A DNA stretch of 64,000 bases from Laetmonice hystrix (Eukaryota): assembly GCA_965235115.1 (NCBI GenBank), contig OZ249436.1:22818001-22882000 (forward strand), written 5' to 3'. Position numbers and translations under genes: made by a program. Numbering within the stretch: the first letter of the stretch is position 1; each line of letters begins with the position of its first letter. The notes beneath the pieces were generated by a model. The model did no database searches. It saw only the letters and a program-made list of their open reading frames with translations, and was not told the origin of the DNA. This document shows, piece after piece, positions 54,860 through 64,000 of the stretch.

Positions 54860-55328
54860 AGGTGGCCTATCCCAACATATGAGGATCTATCAAGACTACT
54901 CTACGACCGAGTTAGGACCTTTCCCGATTCTACACGATTTATCAGATCGTGACACGTCGTAGCTAATTCGGCTTTGGTGGGACTGGGGCTTTAGCCCTGA
55001 TCTAGACCTGACGTCATCGGGGCAGGTCGTAGCTCGGTTGGGGCACGGCAAAGAACGTTGCTACATCGTTTGTCAATCTTGGAATAGGTCGCCATACATC
55101 GGGCCGGGATCTTGATAGGTCGAAGCTCAATCTGCATAGGTCGGCAGTAAACGTTGCTTTAGTCGTTGCGCTGTCGGGAAGGTCAGGGCGATGTCGGTAT
55201 GGAACATGATAGATTCGTAGCTAGGTCTTCGGGTTGTCATGAATTCATCACGACTTAAACTAAATTTCAGATCTTGATAGAACGGCATAGAACGTCGTAA
55301 AATCGGCTTTGGTGGGACTGGGGCTTTA
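54860..55328. mobile_element. Harbinger-like MITE remnants with two tandem right ends
   Basis: TCGGCTTTGGTGGGACTGGGGCT+TTA at ~54968 and ~55303. Confidence 0.5.
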
Positions 55329-57841
55329 AGCCACTGGGTCACTGAGGCTCCCTCCTTTAATATGCGGCACTCAGCCAACCGAATTCCCCTTCCAAACAAG
55401 GATGTATACCAATATCCTGTAGGATATGATACATAAATTCTGACAGCCACTGTGCGTATGCCAATCCCGAATGTCCTAGCTGCACTGAGGGCAACCCCAG
55501 CCTATTTCATGGCCCATAGCCCCCGTGATTGGGTGGTTGGGGCGGAGGCGGTCCATATGCCCAGCCAACCTAGTACAAGACAGACATGCCCCCTCCCCCT
55601 CCCGGCGGTGAATGAGTTACTAAGAGGGTGCGGGTGTCATTATTGCTACATCCTGAATGGCGGTCAGGTCATTGACACGACCCCATCATCTACCTGGACC
55701 TGGTACCCTAACCACAGAGGGTTAACATCCGTCAAGGCTCGATCCGACACACCAACAGACAGCCTCTAATGCTAGCCTTCTCACCAAGTAGGCCTACATA
55801 ATTTTCCATTTGAGTTGGCAGGTGAACTTCTTCTGGCTATTCATAGGAAAACGGCGTTTTCCCCGGTGGTCTATAGCCGGATGGATGGGATGTAAATAAT
55901 CCCGGCCATGCTCGCCTAAAACAGCCGTACTTTCAGGATTACAATCAAAGATGACATGACTTTCAAACAGAAACACAAACGCGACTTCTAATGGGGAATT
56001 AAGGTCGACAAAGACTTGCGGCTGTGACCGTTTCCCTTTTTTCGTCGATAAATGCTGCAGTGATTGCCGCAGATAAAGGGTTCCTTGCGTGACATGCAAC
56101 TTTTGTCTGGAAAAGCCTGAAGGCAATGATCCGATGTTTCACTTTACCTTAAAGCAACTCGGTCCCACTACTATCTAAAGGTAACAAAACCCTAGTCACC
56201 CTAGGAATCACCTGTGTGTACGACATACCAACACGTTGCCGAGTCAAAAGTTGTTATACCAACTTATTCAACTAGCTGGATCGCCGCTCAAGTCTCCTCA
56301 ATCCGGACAATCCGGACAACGGGCAATTGGAATGTTGAATTTCATTAGATTTCTCCATTTCTATAAGTATACCTTTATTGGTTTATGTAGTCTAAAGCCT
56401 TATCTAACCTAACAGTACATGTCTTCATTTTGAAGTCATTGAAATAATATTTAAAATTTGCATCAAGTTCTGCAAGCTATTTTGGTTTGCTCCCCACTAT
56501 CGATTCTCCGGAGACATTCCGTCCTCAACGGCCACCCTGCGATTTTTCTTTACTATGTGTTAGACTTTCATGAGATGCAGCATGCTGCAGTGGGACATCA
56601 CAGTTTGCTTCAAATGCAGAAATTTGCTGAAGAGGAATGCATGCGAATTGCGACAAAAGGTTCCCTTTCCTCTTTTCCTCGAGATGCTACTGACGTAGAA
56701 AAGGGCACCGAGTATACTACATCACAAGTAAATATTGTATAAAATCACGGTATGGAGTCTTACAAAGGAGTATTTCCTTCTCACAAAAATTGTAGTTTCA
56801 TTTTGTACGCGGCAAAGCGCAGCCCATATGCACGGCAATGACTGGCCACACTTGGGTGAGCAAACCGGCCAGAAAACCGTACGACACCGCCCCCGTCGTC
56901 CGACTGGCCGAGACACCATGTAGTTGTCACAATGTTCAATGGTTCCAGGGGCCGTGAAATGATCATCCATGCGTGTGTATCCATTTGTACCCACCCAGGT
57001 CACAATGGCCTGCCGATACGTGGTACTTGTCCACGCTCTGCCCCCTTCCCCGTCACCACTGGACCAGGTCAGCCAATCAACCCATTCGTATAAATCCCAA
57101 GCACGGCCGCGTCTAGGTCGGTTTCCTGGGACACCCCTCTGGGACACATTCTCCCAAACATGTTTCTCCTATGTCATTGATTAGTTATAATTTATCAGCG
57201 GTTATATACCAATATTTCACACTCTAAAACCTGTAATGATGTTTTCATGCCACCAAGATCATTTTAGGATCATTTTTCTGATTTATGGAGCTGAGAAACC
57301 CGTGCGACAGAAAGAGGACGTCGACGCCATGGTCTAACACGCAACCTCCTCCAGCTAGCACGTGCTCTCAGATTTATTTTATGATTCCACGGATTACCGA
57401 CACAATACCGCGTTCTTTTTATGATGCCAGCACTGTACAATTACCGTAACTCAGGATCAACAATACATCTTCTAGCATTTGTCATGATCCGGGTCGCATA
57501 CAAAGTTAACCTTATTAGTCTCCGTAAATATTGACATTCCTAAATCCTTAGAGGGTCACATGTCACGACAGCGTCAAGGTGATTGCCCGTATATTAATCA
57601 CCTCTGCGAATACACACTCTCACTGCGCGGCGGCGCCCCATGGCGGTGAACCAGACACATATTGATACAGCCTGAGTATACCCCCCCCCCCGCATCACAT
57701 GACAATTTCCCATTACCATGAATGTCTTCCTACCATTTCCGGTTGAAATAGAACAGAATACAATGTATATTCATTCTATGTATTGCGCTGCCAGGTTACT
57801 TTGTAGGGTACCTTCTTTATAACGGGCACAATTCTGATGTC

Positions 57842-57944
57842 GGGATTATCATAGACGTAGAGTAGACGTCTATGGGATTATCATAGACGTAGAGTAGACG
57901 TCTATGGGATTATCATAGACGTAGAGTAGACGTCTATGGGATTA
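57842..57944. repeat. 32-bp tandem x 3, each unit containing a 25-bp hairpin
   Basis: CATAGACGT-AGAGTAG-ACGTCTATG separated and flanked by GGATTAT. Confidence 0.93.
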
Positions 57945-58243
57945 CCAATCAATTAAGAAGCAAACGGAATGAAATTCATTGTGTGGCTCAGAAATATGAA
58001 GCCCGACCCAACGGTTTATCTGGTACGGGTTCTCCGGGCCATCATGCACGGACAGGGGCCGTCACGAGCACACGAGCCGCTGACAAACCTTTCCACCTCC
58101 CGCTTGTACTGGGCATGACAGGAAACCAGGACGCATGGTGAACCATGACATTTGCCAACGAGGGAAGGTCTCTAACGCCGTGTACACAACAAAATGTAGT
58201 GTGGTCTCTAAAGTCGTGTACACGTACATGTGGTGTGGTCTCT

Positions 58244-59059
58244 AAAGTCGTGTATACATGTATAGTGTGGTCTCTAAAGCCCATGTAGTGTTTTTGCGGC
58301 AACGATAATGCGACAATTTGGCCGTGGCAAAAAAATTTCCAAAATTAAATCCAGTGAATGCTTGCACATGCGTACGGTAACGGCAATCCGACTATCCGAC
58401 ATCCGACTATCCGGCATGCGGCAGTCCGACTATCCGGCAATTTAGTTCAAATCGCCCGAGAAGCGATTTTTTGCCGTCACCGCATGCAAACAGTCCGGCA
58501 ACGCCCCACAGTTAGGTAAGATACGAAGTATATAGGCCAAAATTAATTTTACACAAACTGAGGAAGATGCCGAAGAAAGGTGACCTTTCCCCCGAGGCGG
58601 TGGAGAAACTCACTATATCTTGGTTGTTGCGGAACCATGTAGGCCTATATTAATATATAATGTATATAATATAATGTATATAATATAATGTATATAATAT
58701 AATGTATAAATATAATGTTAGACATCTCGATTATCACGACAACTGAAACTAATCAATATATGGAAGAGAATTGCTACACAAATGGCGGGTGTTACATGTG
58801 TAGACGGCTTTAGGTAAATTATGTGGGGCGTTGGCGGACTGTTTGCATGCGGTGACGGCAAAAAAACGCTTCTCGGGAGATTTGAACTATTGCCGGATAG
58901 TCGGACTGCCGCATGCCGGACTGTCGGATAGTCGGATTGCCGTTTCCGTACGCATGTGTACACATTCACTGGATTTCATTTTGGCGATGTTTTTTGCCGC
59001 TGCCGCACTGCCGCATTATGGTTGCCGTTGCCGCAAAAACGATACAAGTGTACACGGCT
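58244..59059. mobile_element. Foldback MITE with ~230-bp inverted arms (Harbinger-like termini)
   Basis: 58290-58510 is the reverse complement of 58822-59040; ends ARGYCGTGTAYAC / GTGTACACGGCT. Confidence 0.75.
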
Positions 59060-60547
59060 TCAGCCTCTCTACTTCACGAGTCGTCATCTGCCGTCTGTCT
59101 GTCGTTCGTAAAAACGATTGGCAGTAATGTAATGTACCGGTAGTTAATCATATTTTACTCCATATGTCGATTACAGTATAACCATCAAGGCTCTTTTTAC
59201 ATGTGACTGCTTTCACTCTTATCGCCGTGTCTGTGATGCTTGGTGGATTGAGCTAGCCAGGGGAGTATGTTATTTTAGCTTAGGTTCCAAAGTTTCGAAA
59301 ACCACAATAAGTGGCATACGTCTAACACATGTACCCATCAATTTTCTTACACTGTCGTATCTGTCATAAATTAGTCCCATGAGTAACCAATCTCCGGCTT
59401 TTAGGAATATAAAAATCGATTCAATAAGGCACATATATGCACATAAATCATAAATTGGTCACAATTCACTGATCAACTAATATGGTTTCTAAATTAAAGT
59501 ATTCAACTGATCTAAAAATGTTATCTCAAGTGTATGTTCGTGTCAGAAGAGGGAATTCCCGTTAGAATCGTTGTAACGGTATCGTGGGTTATACTGTAAA
59601 GGTTATAGCTGGCTCAGGATACCACGTTTTCGATTACAAGGCACCATCTCCTGAAAGCTTTCCATACATACACTGGCTAAAGAAAATAGCTACATAGTAT
59701 AACAATAATAATACTGTAACCTGTTAAAGAAACTATCAATGTATTTTAACGCGCTTCCCCTCGAGGGGTATGGCGTTATAGTTTTCTATTCTACCGAAGA
59801 CTGCTGCATGCCAAGGGTTTTTTTTGGTTGTTGTTTTTTGTTGTTTTGACTCTGCTTAGAGTATCTGATATTGCAGCGCCTCTATTCATCTCCTCGCGAA
59901 ACCCAACTCCTCCACTGCTTAGATTCGATTCACGCGAATACAATAGAAGAGTTTCCTATTTCACAGGCACTTCCACTTCTGCCCAGGAATACCAAATGTC
60001 AGTGGAATAAACACACAATACGGAGATGTTCTTGCTCCTTGACATGTAGCCGTCTCAAACTCACAGATAATATGGCGTACCGCTTGGCCAAAACATGTTT
60101 GATACATGATACACAATTAAAAGTCCATATCCATCATTTATGATAATAACTAAGTTATTATATAAAATTAACGGGGGGGGGGGGGCGTTACTCGTTGTGA
60201 TCGTAGCTGCCCGTGTTATTGGGGCTTGGATTTGGGTTATTTTGGGATGTTATTCCGAGTTGTTTCTTTGTGGCCCATGTTGTCCCCATCTAATAAGGCT
60301 AATCAGTAATTTCTAACATACCCCTATGGGGGTTGACATATGATAACAATTTACGAAGGAGTAGTCTGTTATAAAGTGATATAATTCATTATTCAACGTC
60401 ATTGTATAGTTCTCTTAGAGAGGACCCACGGGTTACGATGCAAATAAAAATGTAACCTACAATAGCAGAGTATTCTTCGAGTTTTGATTTCACAAAATCT
60501 AGTTGACGTGCGTCGTCACGGATCTTTGTAGTATAAAGAGCTACGGC

Positions 60548-60727
60548 AGCCCATAGGGACATAGACCTTTAGTGCTTTCAACTTTCTAAATGGATTTTCA
60601 TCTATATTTTCACAGTGACAATTATTTAACCGTGGTGGCAATATTTTCACCGCGGTGATATTTCTACTGCCGGAAAGATATCCATGAAAATCAATTTAGA
60701 AAGTTAGTGTCTATGTCCTTGTGGGCT
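60548..60727. mobile_element. Short TIR element
   Basis: AGCCCATAGGGACATAGAC / GTCTATGTCCTTGTGGGCT plus inner IR AACTTTCTAAAT. Confidence 0.6.
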
Positions 60728-60770
60728 AGCTTCAAGCTTGATGCTTAGAGCCTTTCTGAAGCCGGCCCGG

Positions 60771-61007
60771 TGTCCCAATTTGAAATTACCCCCCTGTCAG
60801 AAGTTGGTTTCAAAAAGCCCCTCGGTTAGGGTTAAGGTAAGTTTAGGGTTAGGTCTAATTGAATTAACGCGCGAAACATTTTTTATCCGAAGTTTATTTT
60901 TGTAACTTGAAACGGGGGGAGGGGGGGGGGGGGTAATTTGAAGCTAGCTTCAGATTACCGCGGGGGGGGGGGGTAACTTCAATGGGGGGTAATCTGAAAC
61001 TGTTACA
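60771..61007. mobile_element. Ginger-like MITE with CCGG TSD
   Basis: CCGG|TGTCCCAATTTGAAATTACCCCC ... GGGGGTAATCTGAAACTGTTACA|CCGG. Confidence 0.6.
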
Positions 61008-61052
61008 CCGGACCTGGGCCTATCGACGACTGCCCGGTCAGCTTGGCATTAA

Positions 61053-61503
61053 AGGGAGGGTAAACACACACGGCAAATAAGGTTTCGAATACCAAATGGA
61101 ACACCAGCATATACACCTCAGGGCAATAAATGCCGCAATTACGTTGTCTGAATGAAGTAATTAACGTGCAACTGCCCGATGTGTGACGCCGCTGGTTCTG
61201 ACCTTGACCTGCTTGTGTGTTCATCAGAGCCAAATGCTGCACACCGCGGCATATTGCGTAACATTACATGTTACTCTGCTCACAGACCTTGTCTACACGA
61301 TGTTTGGAGTCCAAACGTTTGTAAACGTCCGAGTTGATGACCACACAATCAGAGCAAGGTTAGAACCAGCGGCGTCACACATCGGGCAGTTACTTAATTA
61401 CTTCATTCAGACAACGTAATTGTGGCATTTATTGCCCTGAGGTAAATGCTGCTGTTTCATTTGGTCTACGAAACCTTATTTTCTGTGCGTGTTTTCCATC
61501 CCT
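61053..61503. mobile_element. Kolobok-like MITE, second copy of 15854-16278
   Basis: TTAA TSD, long TIRs, shared internal sequence. Confidence 0.85.
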
Positions 61504-64000
61504 TTAAGCCTACCGGTACGATGAGCCTCATTGAGTCAAAGTCAGAACTCATAATCGTACCATGATCAAAACCATGACCGATCTTAATAATATCACCTAC
61601 CACATATTACTTCCCACATCAGGAAATTAGATACAAGTTGATGTATGATTCTAGGAAAATATTTCAAAACCAAACAAAATTCACGCGCAGACGGGGGATG
61701 ATTCGCTGAGCAGCGACATCTAGTTCTGTGTTCAATGTCCTGTACATGTATTACTGTACTATGTATTACTATGTGTTAGCACATTGGAATAAATGTAAGA
61801 TAAGGACAGCATCGAGTACGACTGCGCGGTAACGACACTTGTGATAAACAGAATTGAGATTTTAAGGCTTGATGAGGTCTTCAGGTTGGAGAAAATGTCG
61901 CCCTTAGAAAGCACTGCACCATCCGAGGTGTTTAATGGAGTATATTAAAATCCGCCATCACCCACCTCCGTCTATAGGTAGGCCAGGAATATGCTGACAG
62001 TCAGCGTATTACACTTTCATGAAGCTTCTCTTCCGAGTCGGTACTACTGATATATGGAGGATGTGAAACTCCTTGTTCACATGGCAACGGTTCCTCTATG
62101 TAATGTGAGCATCAATAACCGCAATGCATTTGGTCACCACTATAGAACACTTTGAGTTCCATACACCAATACCCTGTCTCTTTCACTGTCTCTTGGCACT
62201 CTGGAAACTCTCACAACCTCTACTCAGTAAAACTTAAACGTCCCTGCCATATACCTTATTTTGTGGCCCTCAAAATAACCTGAAATTTGAAAATTTTCCT
62301 GGGGGTCATGGCCCCATACCCCTAGCTATGTTCTAAAATGCACTGAAGGTCCCTCAAATAACCTGAAATTTCAAAATTTTCCTGGGGGCCTCCAGCTATG
62401 CTTCGCGCCTTCGTCACTCATTTGGCTGAAAGATCTCTCTTTTCCATCTGCACGTGTGCCCCCCCCCCCCCAACAGGAGGGCGTGCCCCCCAGGTGCCCC
62501 CCTACCACCAAGACCCTTGCTACGCCACTGCTCCTATGACGCTCAGAAGGACCTCAGGGCACTCTATATCCGCGCTCTACGGCGATCTGGCCCATTTTCT
62601 AGAGTGCAGCTAGATCGCCTTCCAGTGTGGGGGTATTCGCGACTGTCAAACCATCGGAGGGCCGGTCCAACAATCTCAAACTGACCACCGGTCAGTACCC
62701 TCCCCCAGATAGACATACGGGCTGCCACTGGTGCTCAGTGCCACAATCTCTTCAACTGGCTGCCTCCAATGGAATCTGTCGGCCCAGGCTGTGTTTTCTA
62801 TCTACCATCGGGGCTTCCTACCTATAGTAGCCAGGACCGAGCCTACCAATGAGCAGGGGAACATGATGGCCTGATTGGCTAGAGCAGACCATTCCCTCCC
62901 CGCAAAGGATCATGGTCTCATCCGACACCATTTCATGTATTTTCTCTGGTGATAGAGTGGTATGTATGTAGTCTCGTTCCAACGTTACAATGAATGAGGT
63001 TTGACGGCATAATGCTCGTTCTCAAGGGTACTTTTATCAAGACTGTCATATTCTCCACTAAAAACGTGTGGCGATTACATGTATAAGGGGCACTCACCAA
63101 TCCTGGCACCATTTTCGGCCATAATGATATGTCTTAGCGCTGTATGAATAGGGTTGCTGAACCCATATAGTAGGTGTCTGCTCAGTGGCCATTACTTGGT
63201 AACATATAGCACGTTTAGGGCTGCACGAACGACTGAAGATCAGCTACAAGATATCCACCATCAAAAAACAACACCCCCGCCATCTTTATGGAGAAATGTT
63301 GACACATACATCAGGTCAAAGGTGGTGTCAAACCTGAGAAAACACAAAAAAGCCAGTAAAAATGCATTTGGTGATTTGCTGATGGATATTTTATCCACCT
63401 TTCACACTGATGAAAACCTATCGTCAATACAGAGAACTCTCCATTGATTTTTTTTATTTATTACTGATTTATTATCTCCTCGAATATTTCTGAATCAGCT
63501 GGGCCCTTTTTCGATGTTTAGTTAGTTAGTTTTAGTTAGGTTAAGGAAAAAAGACACTAACGCGCATGCCGCGTCTGAGTCGGCCTGAATCTGGATTTAT
63601 CTCAATAACAAAAAAACTCTTTGTATTCTAATCTGGGCTTTCTGATCAATACATAGGCCTTCAGGGTGAAAGACTGTCTTCCTCAAATCTTTGTCGCTGG
63701 ACAGATGTCTTTACAGAACTGCCAATGCATCAGATTCAAATCTTCTGCGCATTGGGAAAATCATTAATGCATCTGGCATTCATGTCGCCCGTTTCGTCCC
63801 AGGTACTATCTACGGATAAGGATCCAGTTACTAAGCTAGGATAGAACTACCGAATGCCCAAGGCGCCGCAAAGCTTGCTCCAAGCTATAGAAATAATGGT
63901 AGCCCGCTGAGATCAGGTTATTATAAAGGCTCTCTCTCATGTACAGTTAGTTCCACTTAACCCAAACTTTTGGGGAAATCGGAAAAAATTTGGGTTAACC

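Overview
Eukaryotic, invertebrate-like, repeat-rich genomic DNA; no prokaryotic operon, CRISPR array, rRNA or intact tRNA is seen. The only convincing host coding sequence is one very large minus-strand exon (21031-25644, 4614 bp, phase 1 at both ends) of a CSPG4/NG2/kon-tiki-type proteoglycan: two laminin G domains, an EGF-like motif and about ten CSPG/cadherin-like repeats. A possible signal-peptide first exon lies at 43758-43845 (weak). The rest looks intronic or intergenic and is packed with nested non-autonomous elements: PIF/Harbinger-, Kolobok-, hAT-, Ginger- and Academ-like MITEs, two Helentron/HINE (DINE-1-like) families, SINE and LINE relics and a probable solo LTR. There are also satellites: a 442-bp pure GAA tract, a 1.55-kb G-rich satellite and 66-, 31- and 32-bp tandem arrays. 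The most unusual signal is an excess of short TA-[3-5 nt]-TA words, chiefly TAGGCCTA; three such words can be shown to be micro-insertions at TA by comparing repeat copies within the window, which suggests abundant transposon excision scars. Superfamily assignments rest on termini and TSD rules read by eye, not on database searches.
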